Source: an uncultured Eubacteriales bacterium
Lineage (GTDB): Bacteria; Bacillota; Clostridia; Oscillospirales; CAG-272
Reading direction: 5' to 3'
Assembly: GCA_934525675.1 (NCBI GenBank)
Contig: CAKSZH010000010.1
Coordinates: 2,824 to 66,823 of the forward strand
Length of the DNA: 64,000 nucleotides
The stretch's first letter is position 1. The number at the start of each line of letters is the position of its first letter. A model generated the notes under the pieces. That model was not told the origin of the DNA and ran no database searches. It worked only from the letters and a program-made list of their open reading frames with translations. Shown here in pieces: positions 27,841-37,097 of this stretch. The position numbers and the translations under genes are program-made.

Positions 27841-29901
27841 ATGCGGCACCGGGCGGCTCCAAGGAAAGGAATCTTCCCATTTCGGAAGGTACAGGTACTC
27901 TCAGTGCAACAACACAGTTATTTCCGACGACGCCTGACGGCAGTCGTCCTTACCGCCGCCATCGCGCTGGCGATGACGCTTCCGGGGTTTGCAGTCCCCT
28001 ATCAGGGGTCTGCCTCGTATATGTCGGGTAAATACTACGCCGCGCTGTCCGCTGTCACGCTGACCGGAAACGCAAGAACGGATATCGTAAACATCGCCGC
28101 CTCCCAGATCGGTTACCGCGAAAGCGGAAGCAACTCCAATCTCTCCGGCACGGCAACGAGCGGTTCCGATTATACCGAATACGGCAGATGGTATGGGCTT
28201 CAGGATATGTGGTGCCAGATGTTTGTCTCCTTCTGCGCCGCGCTTGCCGGTGTCCCCGAAACGGTCATTCCCAAGACTGCAAGTACCGTGACGGCTTTGA
28301 ATTTCTTCCGTTCAGCCGGAAGAGCATATTCCCGTGCAACCGTTGCCGCGGGCGGGTATACTCCGCAGGCAGGCGACCTTGTGTATTTCAGGTTCCCGCA
28401 TAACCAGAACATCACCAATCATGTCGGCATTGTCACCGGTTACCGGAACGGTACTCTTTCCACGATTGAGGGAAATACCAGCTCCGGGGACGGCTCCGGG
28501 GATACCGGCTATGTCCGCGCCAAAAGCTATTCCATCAGCAGTACATACATCGTCAGTATCTGTTCGCCGGACTACCCGGACCCGCCGGAAACGGATCACG
28601 TTCCCGGAGTTTATGCGGTAAAAGCAACCGCGCTCAACGTCCGCTCCGGTCCCGGTACCTCCTATGCCCGGATCGGAAGCCTCGCAAACGGGGCGGAGGT
28701 CCGGGTGACCGGCTTCCGCGGCGGTTGGGGACAGATCACCTACGACGGGAAAACGGGGTATGTATCCATGGATTATCTGGATTTCCGTTCGCTTCTGCCC
28801 GGCGGGACTCTGTATACGGTGACGGCATCCAGCCTGAACATCCGTGCGGGGGCGGGAACCTCCTATGCTTCGGTCGGATACCTTCTTTCCGGCGAGCGGG
28901 TGACCGTCACCGCCACGTCGGCGGACGGGAGTTGGGGGCTGATTGCATATGCGAATGAAACCGGCTATGGTTGGGTTTCCATGCACTACCTTGCCGCCGT
29001 CCCCGATGTTCCCGACACCCCAGATACCCCCGAAACACCGGATACACCGGACACCCCCGACACACCGGAACACCCCGGTCAGTGGATCGGCGGGCGCTAT
29101 TACCTGTGGGACGGCACCGACTATGCCCCCGCAAGCGGCTTCGTCCGGGAAGAGGCGGGAACCGTCTGCTTTGAAAACGGTTACCGCGTGACGGGCTGGC
29201 GGCATTCCGACGGTTCTTCCGTAACCGTGACGGACGGCGTTTCCGAACAATACAGTACGAATCCGGAAGGGTTGTACTATTTTCTCTCGGATACCGGATA
29301 TATGGTGACGGACGAAAGCTATATGCTCGGCGGCTACCGAAGGGAATTCAACGCGAACCATACCGTGAAGCCGCTTGACGGCTTGCAGAACCGTTACGGT
29401 GTGCTCTACTACTACAAAAACGGCGTCCTGCAGACCGGCTGGCAAACCGTGAACGGAGAGACCTATTACTTTCAGGCTTCCGCCGCGGTGTACGGTCAGG
29501 CGGCAAGTATGTGGATGGTCATCGGCGGCAGGGTGTATTATTTCTACGCCTCCACCTCGGACACGCCCTATGCGCTCAAGACCTCCGGCACGATCGGCGG
29601 GGTTGCGTACTCCTATGATCCCGACGACGGGCACATCCTCTATGACGGATTCCTTAACTGCGCCTATGCGAACGGGCAGCACGAGAATTCCCCCGCGACG
29701 GTCACCCACCGCGACGCGACCGCAAGATACTTCATCGGCGGCGTGATGCAGTACGGCTGGATTACCGTTGGAGGGGAGAAGTATTACCTCTATCTGAACG
29801 GTTCGTCCAACGGTCCGGGGTTCCTTTGCGTGACCTCCCGTACCATCGGCGGCGTGTGGCACTCCTTCCGCGAGGACGGTGTCTGCACGGACGAAACTTA
29901 A
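27841..29901 (+). CDS. secreted cell-wall hydrolase: CHAP domain + 2 SH3b domains + cell-wall-binding repeats
   Basis: Signal-like RRRLTAVVLTAAIALAMTLPGFA. CHAP Cys (WCQMFVSFC) and His (NHVGIV). Two SH3b units (LNVRSGPGTSYA.., LNIRAGAGTSYA..), a (PDT)n linker and GW/YYF repeats. Start is uncertain: ATG 27841, or GTG 27781/27904. Confidence 0.8.
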   Translation: MRHRAAPRKGIFPFRKVQVLSVQQHSYFRRRLTAVVLTAAIALAMTLPGFAVPYQGSASYMSGKYYAALSAVTLTGNARTDIVNIAASQIGYRESGSNSNLSGTATSGSDYTEYGRWYGLQDMWCQMFVSFCAALAGVPETVIPKTASTVTALNFFRSAGRAYSRATVAAGGYTPQAGDLVYFRFPHNQNITNHVGIVTGYRNGTLSTIEGNTSSGDGSGDTGYVRAKSYSISSTYIVSICSPDYPDPPETDHVPGVYAVKATALNVRSGPGTSYARIGSLANGAEVRVTGFRGGWGQITYDGKTGYVSMDYLDFRSLLPGGTLYTVTASSLNIRAGAGTSYASVGYLLSGERVTVTATSADGSWGLIAYANETGYGWVSMHYLAAVPDVPDTPDTPETPDTPDTPDTPEHPGQWIGGRYYLWDGTDYAPASGFVREEAGTVCFENGYRVTGWRHSDGSSVTVTDGVSEQYSTNPEGLYYFLSDTGYMVTDESYMLGGYRREFNANHTVKPLDGLQNRYGVLYYYKNGVLQTGWQTVNGETYYFQASAAVYGQAASMWMVIGGRVYYFYASTSDTPYALKTSGTIGGVAYSYDPDDGHILYDGFLNCAYANGQHENSPATVTHRDATARYFIGGVMQYGWITVGGEKYYLYLNGSSNGPGFLCVTSRTIGGVWHSFREDGVCTDET

Positions 29902-29912
29902 TATGAAAATGA

Positions 29913-29948
29913 CCGGGACATTACACTTTCGTAATGTTCCGGTTTTTT
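29913..29948 (+). terminator. terminator after CHAP hydrolase gene
   Basis: ccgggacattac-actttc-gtaatgttccgg followed by tttttt. Confidence 0.8.
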
Positions 29949-29949
29949 C

Positions 29950-29978
29950 TTGACAGGGTACGCGCGGGGGATTATAAT
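29950..29978 (+). promoter_or_regulatory. sigma-A-type promoter of U32 peptidase gene
   Basis: TTGACA - 17 nt - TATAAT, directly after the upstream terminator, with a ~110-nt leader. Confidence 0.6.
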
Positions 29979-30092
29979 AAAGAGGATGAAACCAGGGTCT
30001 GCGCGTTGTATGCACGGCGCGCGGAAAAAGATACGAGAGAAAAGTACATCGCATGACGCGCGGGATGGCGCGTGTGCCGGAAGGAGAACGGG

Positions 30093-31391
30093 ATGCCGGA
30101 GCTTTTGTCCCCCGCGGGGAATTTTGAAAAATTGGAGGCGGCGCTGCGCTATGGCGCGGACGCAGTCTATCTTGCCGGCAAGCAGTTCGGAATGCGTTCG
30201 GCGGCGGACAACTTCACGGTGGAGGAGATCTATCGCGCCGCAGAGCTGGTACACTCGCTCGGAAAGAAGCTGTACCTGACGGTCAACACCATGCCGCGCA
30301 CCGATGAGTACCCGGCGCTCCGCCGGTTCCTCTCGGACATCCGTGACGCGGGAATCGACGCGATGATCGTCGCGGATATGGGTGTGATTTCTGTTGTGAA
30401 GCAGCTGCTTCCCGACATGGAGATTCACATTTCCACGCAGGCAAGCATCGTCAGCCCGGAAGCCGCGCTTGCCTGGGCTTCGCTCGGCGCCAAGCGGCTG
30501 GTGCTCGCAAGAGAACTTCGCTTTTCCGAGATCCGCGCCATCCGCGACGCTCTGCCGAAGGAGGTGGAGCTGGAAGCCTTCATCCACGGCTCCATGTGCG
30601 TGTCATACAGCGGCAGATGCCTGCTTGCCAACCTCATGAACGGGCGCGACGGCAATCGCGGTACCTGCTCCCAGCCCTGCCGCTGGAACTATGTCCTGTA
30701 CGAGGAAAAGCATCCCGATATGCCCATTCCGATCGAGGAGACCGAGCTTGGCACCTTCATCATGTCCTCCAAGGATATGTGTACCATCGGCATTATCCCG
30801 GAGCTGATGAAGAGCGGTATTGATTCCTTCAAAATTGAGGGGCGCATGAAGAGCGCGTATTATACCGCCGTTGTGACCAATACCTACCGAATGGCAATGG
30901 ATGCGTACCTCCGCGATCCGGAGCATTATGCCTTTGATCCCCGCTGGATGGACGAGCTGGACAGCGTTTCCCACCGAGAGTACGCGACGGGCTTTTATCT
31001 CGATAATCCGATGGAGAATCCCCAGATCGTCAGCGCCTGCGGCTACCTCCGCGAAAAGGCATACTTTGCAACCGCGACCGAATATACTGATGCAAAGATG
31101 CCGCAGCTGCCCGTTCCGATCGTGACGGAGGAGGGAAGAATCTATCGGTTCCGCCAGAAAAACAAGGTGGCCGTCGGGGATACCGCGGAGATCATTTCTC
31201 CCGGGCTTGTCGGGCGGGCGTTTCCCGTGACCGGGCTGTACGCGGAGGACGGTACTCCCATTCCGGCGGCGCCGCATCCGTCCATGATCTTTTTCTGCCG
31301 CGTGCCGTTTGACGTGCATCCCGGCGACATTCTACGCGCAGGCGACGCAAAAGGGTTTACCCCGCGCGCGCCGGAGCCGAAAAAATGCTGA
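30093..31391 (+). CDS. peptidase U32 family protein
   Basis: MPELLSPAGNFEKLEAALRYGADAVYL start and the conserved EAFIHGSMCVSYSGRCLLAN block. ATG 30093 follows ggaaggag. Confidence 0.85.
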   Translation: MPELLSPAGNFEKLEAALRYGADAVYLAGKQFGMRSAADNFTVEEIYRAAELVHSLGKKLYLTVNTMPRTDEYPALRRFLSDIRDAGIDAMIVADMGVISVVKQLLPDMEIHISTQASIVSPEAALAWASLGAKRLVLARELRFSEIRAIRDALPKEVELEAFIHGSMCVSYSGRCLLANLMNGRDGNRGTCSQPCRWNYVLYEEKHPDMPIPIEETELGTFIMSSKDMCTIGIIPELMKSGIDSFKIEGRMKSAYYTAVVTNTYRMAMDAYLRDPEHYAFDPRWMDELDSVSHREYATGFYLDNPMENPQIVSACGYLREKAYFATATEYTDAKMPQLPVPIVTEEGRIYRFRQKNKVAVGDTAEIISPGLVGRAFPVTGLYAEDGTPIPAAPHPSMIFFCRVPFDVHPGDILRAGDAKGFTPRAPEPKKC

Positions 31392-31450
31392 CAAACGAAT
31401 GAACCGCCTGGGCGGATTCCGAATCATGCGAACCGAAAGGGGAAAACCTT

Positions 31451-31510
31451 TGCATGGATAAACTGTTTGAGATACTCAAATGCATGGATAAACTGTTTGA
31501 GATACTCAAA
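31451..31510 (+). repeat. perfect 30-bp tandem duplication spanning the uppP start codon
   Basis: tgcatggataaactgtttgagatactcaaa occurs twice back to back (31451-31480 and 31481-31510). Confidence 0.95.
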
Positions 31511-32374
31511 GCCGTGCTGTACGGCATCATCGAAGGAATTACAGAATGGCTCCCCGTGTCGTCCACGGGGCACCTCATCCTCATCGGAGACCTGCTTCCG
31601 TTCCGGCTCGGCGACGAGACCTTCAACGCGGAATTCTCCGAAATGTTTGAGGTCGTCATCCAGCTCGGCGCGATCCTTGCGGTCGTCGTGCTGTTCTTTC
31701 ATAAGCTCTGGCCGTTTTCTCCGTCCAAGACCCGGGAAGAGAAAAAGAGTACATGGGTTCTCTGGGGCAAGGTGCTCATCGCCAGTATCCCCGCGGGACT
31801 GATCGGCGTGGTCGGCGACAAGCTGCTTGAAAAGATTACCGGCAAGGACATCAACGGATGGCTGTATAACAGTGTCGTCGTTGCCGTTGCCCTCATTGTG
31901 TACGGGATCCTGTTCATTGTGATCGAGAAGCTGCGGAAGGGGAAGGCGAACCGCGTCGAGACCGTGGACGGAGTGACCTGCCGCCACGCGCTCGGCATGG
32001 GAGCGTTTCAGGCGCTGTCCATGATTCCCGGCACCTCGCGTTCGGGCTCCACCATCCTCGGCGGTATGTGCATGGGGCTTTCCCGTACTGCCGCGGCGGA
32101 GTTCTCTTTCTTTATGGCGATTCCCGTCATGGCAGGCGCAAGCCTTGTCAAGGCGCTCGGCTTCTTCAGATACGTTTCCGGGGAGGGCGTTTCGGTTCCG
32201 GGACTTGCATGGGCGGTCCTTCTCGTCGGCTGTATCGTTTCTTTTGCGGTCTCCATGATCGCCATCCGTTTCCTTATGGATTTTGTCAGAAAGCATTCCT
32301 TCTCCGCGTTCGGTATTTACCGCATCGCGCTCGGTCTGCTGGTGCTCGGATTCTTCCTCTTCTCCCGCGCCTGA
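31454..32374 (+). CDS. uppP: undecaprenyl-diphosphate phosphatase (UppP/BacA)
   Basis: EGITEWLPVSSTGHL and PGTSRSGSTI motifs. The first 10 codons are duplicated in tandem (MDKLFEILKC-MDKLFEILKA); only the first ATG has an upstream aaagggg. Confidence 0.9.
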   Translation: MDKLFEILKCMDKLFEILKAVLYGIIEGITEWLPVSSTGHLILIGDLLPFRLGDETFNAEFSEMFEVVIQLGAILAVVVLFFHKLWPFSPSKTREEKKSTWVLWGKVLIASIPAGLIGVVGDKLLEKITGKDINGWLYNSVVVAVALIVYGILFIVIEKLRKGKANRVETVDGVTCRHALGMGAFQALSMIPGTSRSGSTILGGMCMGLSRTAAAEFSFFMAIPVMAGASLVKALGFFRYVSGEGVSVPGLAWAVLLVGCIVSFAVSMIAIRFLMDFVRKHSFSAFGIYRIALGLLVLGFFLFSRA

Positions 32375-32386
32375 CAGGAGGAAACT

Positions 32387-33052
32387 ATGAAAGAAAAACT
32401 CAAATTGCCGTATCCCGTTATCGTGGAGGGAAAGTACGATTGTCTTCGCCTCCTTTCGGTCGCGGATTGCCGCGTGATCCGGACGGACGGCTTTGGCGTG
32501 TTCAATCAGAAGGAAAAACTCGCGGTCATCCGCGCGCTTGCAAAATCCACGCCCCTGATCCTGCTCACCGACAGCGACGGGGCGGGGAAGCTGATCCGGT
32601 CGTATATTACCCGCGCACTGCCGGGCGACCGACTGATTCAGCTGTACATTCCCCAGATCAAGGGGAAGGAAAAGCGCAAGGAAGCCCCCTCTGCCGACGG
32701 CTACCTCGGCGTGGAGGGCATGGGAAACGACCTGCTCTACGACCTGCTCAAGCCGTACTGTGACCCGGAGAAGTACCGCGCCTATGCAGAGAATCCGCTT
32801 TCCAAAACGGATTTTTACATTGACGGACTGACCGGCGGGGAAAACAGCACCAAGCGGCGGGACGAGATTGCCGCGAAATTCGACCTGCCCGCGGGCATGA
32901 CCCCGAACGCGCTTCTTGCGGCGCTCCGTACCGTGACGGATTATAGCGGTTATCTTGCCGCAGTCGGAAGGGAACCCGCACCGGACAAACACGCGGACGG
33001 CACGGCAAAGGACCCGCCCGACCGGGCTTTCTGCGAACCGGAAAACGGGTAA
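32387..33052 (+). CDS. Toprim-domain protein (RNase M5/DUF4093-like)
   Basis: VIVEGKYD and LLTDSDGAGKLIR Toprim acidic motifs, 221 aa. Confidence 0.65.
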   Translation: MKEKLKLPYPVIVEGKYDCLRLLSVADCRVIRTDGFGVFNQKEKLAVIRALAKSTPLILLTDSDGAGKLIRSYITRALPGDRLIQLYIPQIKGKEKRKEAPSADGYLGVEGMGNDLLYDLLKPYCDPEKYRAYAENPLSKTDFYIDGLTGGENSTKRRDEIAAKFDLPAGMTPNALLAALRTVTDYSGYLAAVGREPAPDKHADGTAKDPPDRAFCEPENG

Positions 33053-33095
33053 AGCCGATCATACAAAAAAATTATCAGAAATTTTGAAAAAAGTC

Positions 33096-33124
33096 TTGCA
33101 TTCCGGCGATTGATGTGATATAAT
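33096..33124 (+). promoter_or_regulatory. sigma-A-type promoter of tRNA-Glu
   Basis: TTGCAT - 17 nt - TATAAT, ~20 nt before the tRNA 5' end. Confidence 0.6.
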
Positions 33125-33143
33125 ACAAAAGTCGCCGAAATCC

Positions 33144-33218
33144 GGCCCCTTAGTCAAACGGTTAAGACGTCGCCCTCTCACGGCGAAGATATGGGTTCGA
33201 TTCCCGTAGGGGTCACCA
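33144..33218 (+). tRNA. tRNA-Glu (anticodon CTC)
   Basis: GGCCCCT acceptor, anticodon stem TCGCC/GGCGA with loop CTCTCAC, T-arm ATGGG-TTCGATT-CCCGT and encoded CCA. Flanked by its own promoter and terminator. Confidence 0.9.
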
Positions 33219-33256
33219 AAAAGCCCTGCCACCCTTTTGGGTGGCAGGGCTTTTTG
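33219..33256 (+). terminator. terminator after tRNA-Glu
   Basis: agccctgccaccc-tttt-gggtggcagggct followed by tttt. Confidence 0.85.
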
Positions 33257-33542
33257 CAACCCGTACCAATAAGCGACCCGGCGCAAGCGAAGAGAACTTC
33301 AAAATCCACAAAATAAACCCGCTTGCGCATGGGTTCGGAACATTCGGACTGCCGGTGGCAGTCCGAATGCCAGTTTGCGTCAGCAAATCTTGCGTCGGAG
33401 CGAAGCGGAGACTGTTCCCGTAGGCGACATCCCGTACATTTGAATTTTCACACTTTCCATTCGGAAGGCGTTTTTGTTTTTTGCCGGCGCGGCAATACAC
33501 ATTTCGCTTGCCCGGAAATCACCTGCAAGACTTTTTGGAAAA

Positions 33543-34535
33543 TCACATTTCCGTAATCCGATCAATCTTTTCCTGTTCTTCTTTGGAAAAAGAAGTATTC
33601 TCCAACGCCTTGATATTGTCCAGAATCTGAGACGGCTTGGATGCGCCGATCAGGACACTTGTCACGATCCCGTCGCGCAGAATCCAGCTGAGTGCCATTT
33701 CGGCAAGTGTCTGTCCGCGGGCGGATGCAATTTCATTGAGGGCGCTGATCTGGTGCAGGCGCTTTTCCGTCAGATCTGCCGCGTGCAGGAAACGTCCGTC
33801 CGTTCTGATGCGGCTGTCTTCCGGAATGCCGTGCAGATACCGGTCCGTCAGCATTCCCTGCGCCAGGGGACTGAAGGCAATGATGCCCTTTTCAAGCCGG
33901 GCGGCGGTTTCCTTCAGACCGTTTTGCTCGATGGTACGGTCAAAAATGGAGTAGCGGTTCTGGTTGATGATGAACGGGCAGTGAAGCTCGTTCAGAATTT
34001 TGCAGGCTTTCTCCATGGTCTCGCCGTCATAATTGGAGAGACCGACGTACAGAGCCTTGCCTGCCGCGACCGCCTGCGCGAGCGCGCCCATGGTCTCCTC
34101 GAGCGGGGTTTCGGGGTCCATGCGGTGGTGATAGAAGATATCCACATAAGGAAGCCCCATGCGCTGTAAGCTCTGGTCAAGGCTTGCGAGAAGATATTTT
34201 CTGCTGCCCCAGTTTCCGTAAGGCCCGTCCCACATCTCGTAGCCAGCCTTCGTGGTGATGATCAGCTCGTCGCGGTAGGCACCAAGCTCCTCGCGGAGAA
34301 TGCGCCCCAGGTTCCGTTCGGCACTCCCGGGGTTCGGTCCGTAGTTGTTTGCCAGATCGAAATGCGTGATTCCGTGGTCGAAGGCAGTGAAGCAGAGCTG
34401 TTTCATGTTCTCATAGAGCGACGAATCGCCGAAGTTGTGCCAGAAGCCGAGTGAAACGGCAGGAAGCTGCAGTCCGCTCTTTCCGCAGTGCGAATATTGC
34501 ATGGACTGATAGCGCGTGTCCTGTGCCTGATACAT
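33543..34535 (-). CDS. aldo/keto reductase (YghZ/Kv-beta-like)
   Basis: AKR motifs (ITHFDLANNYG, GLSNY, LAQGMLT), 330 aa, ggggagga RBS. Confidence 0.88.
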   Translation of the reverse strand: MYQAQDTRYQSMQYSHCGKSGLQLPAVSLGFWHNFGDSSLYENMKQLCFTAFDHGITHFDLANNYGPNPGSAERNLGRILREELGAYRDELIITTKAGYEMWDGPYGNWGSRKYLLASLDQSLQRMGLPYVDIFYHHRMDPETPLEETMGALAQAVAAGKALYVGLSNYDGETMEKACKILNELHCPFIINQNRYSIFDRTIEQNGLKETAARLEKGIIAFSPLAQGMLTDRYLHGIPEDSRIRTDGRFLHAADLTEKRLHQISALNEIASARGQTLAEMALSWILRDGIVTSVLIGASKPSQILDNIKALENTSFSKEEQEKIDRITEM

Positions 34536-34564
34536 GATGATTCCTCCCCATATAAAAATCGTTC

Positions 34565-34602
34565 TTTACAAATTCTATCACTTCAAGTATACTTGAAGTC
34601 AA
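34565..34602. promoter_or_regulatory. overlapping divergent promoters: MerR-type 19-bp-spacer promoter for AKR gene (minus) and 17-bp-spacer promoter for merR-family gene (plus)
   Basis: Minus strand: TTGACT (34602-34597) - 19 nt - TAGAAT (34577-34572). Plus strand: TTTACA (34565-70) - 17 nt - TATACT (34588-93). Confidence 0.6.
34581..34598. promoter_or_regulatory. 18-bp perfect palindrome, candidate MerR-family operator
   Basis: CTTCAAGTA|TACTTGAAG lies inside the 19-bp spacer of the AKR promoter. Confidence 0.65.
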
Positions 34603-34638
34603 GAGGATTTTTCAAAAAATTTCGGGAGGAACGGAAAG

Positions 34639-35064
34639 ATGAAAGAATATACGATCCGGGAAATTTCAAAACTGTTCGGGCTCCCCGCATCGACCATCCG
34701 GTATTACGAAGACGAGGGGATCCTGACCGACGTTGCCAGAACCGCGTCCGGGCAACGTATTTTCACGGACGGTCATGTCAACCGAATCAAAACCATCTGC
34801 TGCTTTAAGAACACGGGGATGACGATCGCCGAACTCAAACAGTTCTTTGCATATGAAACGGATGAATCGGTGCACCTGGATGACATCCTGGCACTCTTAC
34901 GGCAGCGCAGGGATTGTGCGGCGGCGCAGATCAGGCAACTGAAAGAGAACTATGCCCACGTACTGCGGAAAATCCATTATTATGAGGATATCCGGGAAAG
35001 CCTGACCGATCACCTGCCGCTTCCGCGGTGGGAGGATTATAAAGAGAGAACGTACGACGAGTAA
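34639..35064 (+). CDS. MerR family transcriptional regulator
   Basis: N-terminal MerR HTH YTIREISKLFGLPASTIRYYEDEGIL followed by a coiled-coil dimerisation helix. Divergent from the AKR gene. Confidence 0.88.
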   Translation: MKEYTIREISKLFGLPASTIRYYEDEGILTDVARTASGQRIFTDGHVNRIKTICCFKNTGMTIAELKQFFAYETDESVHLDDILALLRQRRDCAAAQIRQLKENYAHVLRKIHYYEDIRESLTDHLPLPRWEDYKERTYDE

Positions 35065-35186
35065 AACAGATCTGCTTGCAGGAAGAATCTGCCGGCTGCT
35101 ACCGGCGGTCGACGGACCGTATGTCCTTTTGCGTGAGCCGGTCCACACCGGTTGTCCCGGTAGATACTCTTCACCGGAATCTTTAC

Positions 35187-35213
35187 CGCCGCCCTCCCGG
35201 GCGGCGTTTTTTT
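35187..35213 (+). terminator. terminator after merR-family gene
   Basis: cgccgccc-tccc-gggcggcg followed by ttttttt. Confidence 0.8.
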
Positions 35214-35315
35214 GTCTGTCATAGTTTCACCCCTCACCTGCATATATTTTTCCGATGTCCCCGGAACGACAGATTTCCCGGACAAGGTGTGCTATGCTGA
35301 AGCGGGGGTGAGAAA

Positions 35316-36185
35316 ATGTACGGAACCGATGTTTATGCGGATATTCTGTTTTTAGTCAACCTCAGCATGGATTATCTGTGCTTCTACCTGACAAACGGAA
35401 TCCTGCACCGAAAACCCCGCGCCTTCCGGATGCTGCTTGCGTCGGTGCTGGGCGCGTTTTACGCGGTCGCGGCGGTCTTTCTGCCGGTCGGGAAGGTCAC
35501 GGCGTTCCTTGCCGATATCACAGTTTGTGCCGTTATGTGCGCGATCGTGTACGCAAAGCGCGGCGAGGCGTTCCGCAATTATCTGGTTTCCACCGGCGTG
35601 TATTTCGGCATTTCCGCATTGCTCGGCGGACTGATGACCGCATTCTGTTCACTTCTCAATCACCTCGGTCTGCCGCTTGAAGTGATCGGAAAAGACGGGT
35701 TGTCCGCGTGGCTGTTCGCGCTTCTCGCCGCGGTTTCGGCGACAGTTGCCGGAACGGTCGGGAAGTTCTTCCGCAAAAGCGCCGGGGAACAGACGGCGAC
35801 GGTCGGGATCAACTGCCGGGGAAGAGAAGTCAGCCTGCGCGCCAAGGTGGACAGCGGAAACCTGCTCCGCGATCCAGTCAGCGGGAAGCCCGTGATTCTG
35901 ACCGCGCTTCACCCGGTTTCGGTGCTTCTTCCGCCGGGGCTTGCCGGCGTGATCCGCCGCGGGGACTTTACCTCGGAGGATTTCCGATCCGCGTGCGGCG
36001 GCCTGCGTATCCGGCTGATTCCGTCACACACGGCGACCGGGGACGGAATGCTGATCGGGATTCTTCCCGAACGCGTCACCGTGACCGATTCGCGCGGAAC
36101 GCGGGAGATCGACGCGCTGTTTGCCCCGACGGATCTTCGTGTCCCCGGTTATGAAGCCCTGCTTCCGCCGGAAACCGATCTGTGA
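35316..36185 (+). CDS. spoIIGA: sigma-E processing peptidase SpoIIGA
   Basis: Polytopic N-terminal half (VYADILFLVNLSMDYLCFYL) and the aspartic protease motif KVDSGNLLRDP. Located immediately upstream of sigE. Confidence 0.9.
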   Translation: MYGTDVYADILFLVNLSMDYLCFYLTNGILHRKPRAFRMLLASVLGAFYAVAAVFLPVGKVTAFLADITVCAVMCAIVYAKRGEAFRNYLVSTGVYFGISALLGGLMTAFCSLLNHLGLPLEVIGKDGLSAWLFALLAAVSATVAGTVGKFFRKSAGEQTATVGINCRGREVSLRAKVDSGNLLRDPVSGKPVILTALHPVSVLLPPGLAGVIRRGDFTSEDFRSACGGLRIRLIPSHTATGDGMLIGILPERVTVTDSRGTREIDALFAPTDLRVPGYEALLPPETDL

Positions 36186-36218
36186 GTACCGAAAAGTAAC
36201 GGAAGGAGCTTTGTGCAT

Positions 36219-36926
36219 ATGAAAATCATTGAAAAGCTGAAAAACTTGTTTGAGGCATGGTTTCTCCGTCGGAAGCGGAAGGGCATTTTTTATGTCAACG
36301 GTCCGGACGTGCTCCCGGCGCCGCTGTCGCACGAGGAGGAGAGCGAGGCGATCTCCCGCCTGCCGGACGACGAGCGGGCAAGAAATCTTCTGGTCGAACA
36401 CAACCTCCGTCTGGTGGTCTACATCGCCAAGCGGTTTGAAAATACCGGCGTCGGAATCGAGGACCTGATCTCCATCGGAACGCTCGGACTGGTCAAGGCA
36501 ATCAACACATTCCGCGCAGACAAGAACATCAAACTCGCGACCTACGCATCCCGCTGTATCGAAAACGAAATCCTCATGTTTCTGCGCAAAAAGGGCGGAA
36601 GCCGGTGCGAGGTCTCCATCGACGAGCCGCTCAATGTGGATTGGGACGGAAACGAACTGCTCCTCTCCGATGTGCTCGGAACCGATGAGGAAAACATCTC
36701 TTATGAATTGGAAAAGAGAGAGGAACGCCGCGTGATCCGGGAGGCGGTGGCGGGACTTGAGGAGCGCGAGCGCCTGATTATCGAGCTTCGTTACGGGCTG
36801 TCCGGCAGACGGGAGATGACCCAGAAGGAGATCGCCGATCTCATGGGGATCTCCCAATCCTATATTTCCCGCCTTGAAAAAAAGATCCTCGCGGGTCTGC
36901 GCCGCGAGGTTGCGGGGAAGATCTGA
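36219..36926 (+). CDS. sigE: RNA polymerase sporulation sigma factor SigE (pro-sigma-E)
   Basis: Sigma-70 regions 2 (LVVYIAKRF) and 4 ([21 protein letters not shown]) with an N-terminal pro-sequence. ATG 36219 lies 9 nt after aaggag. Confidence 0.92.
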   Translation: MKIIEKLKNLFEAWFLRRKRKGIFYVNGPDVLPAPLSHEEESEAISRLPDDERARNLLVEHNLRLVVYIAKRFENTGVGIEDLISIGTLGLVKAINTFRADKNIKLATYASRCIENEILMFLRKKGGSRCEVSIDEPLNVDWDGNELLLSDVLGTDEENISYELEKREERRVIREAVAGLEERERLIIELRYGLSGRREMTQKEIADLMGISQSYISRLEKKILAGLRREVAGKI

Positions 36927-37008
36927 TGCGTGCCGCCTCTCCGCATTGACCGGCGATGGCGGGAACATGACGGGACTGCGGTTTTTCTGACAAATTTCCG
37001 AAAACCTC

Positions 37009-37037
37009 TTGCAATCTGAGAAAACCTGTGATATAAT
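37009..37037 (+). promoter_or_regulatory. sigma-A-type promoter of rpmE
   Basis: TTGCAA - 17 nt - TATAAT. Confidence 0.6.
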
Positions 37038-37097
37038 ATCTTCTCGTGTACCGATGCCAACTTACATCGGAATTCATCGAACGAGGTAAAATGTGTC

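Noticed and set aside
29001-29075. (Pro-Asp-Thr)n micro-repeat PDVPDTPDTPETPDTPDTPDTPE in the CHAP/SH3b hydrolase.
   Set aside because: This is a typical interdomain linker of secreted wall hydrolases. It may vary in length by slippage, but I have no evidence of phase variation because it stays in frame.
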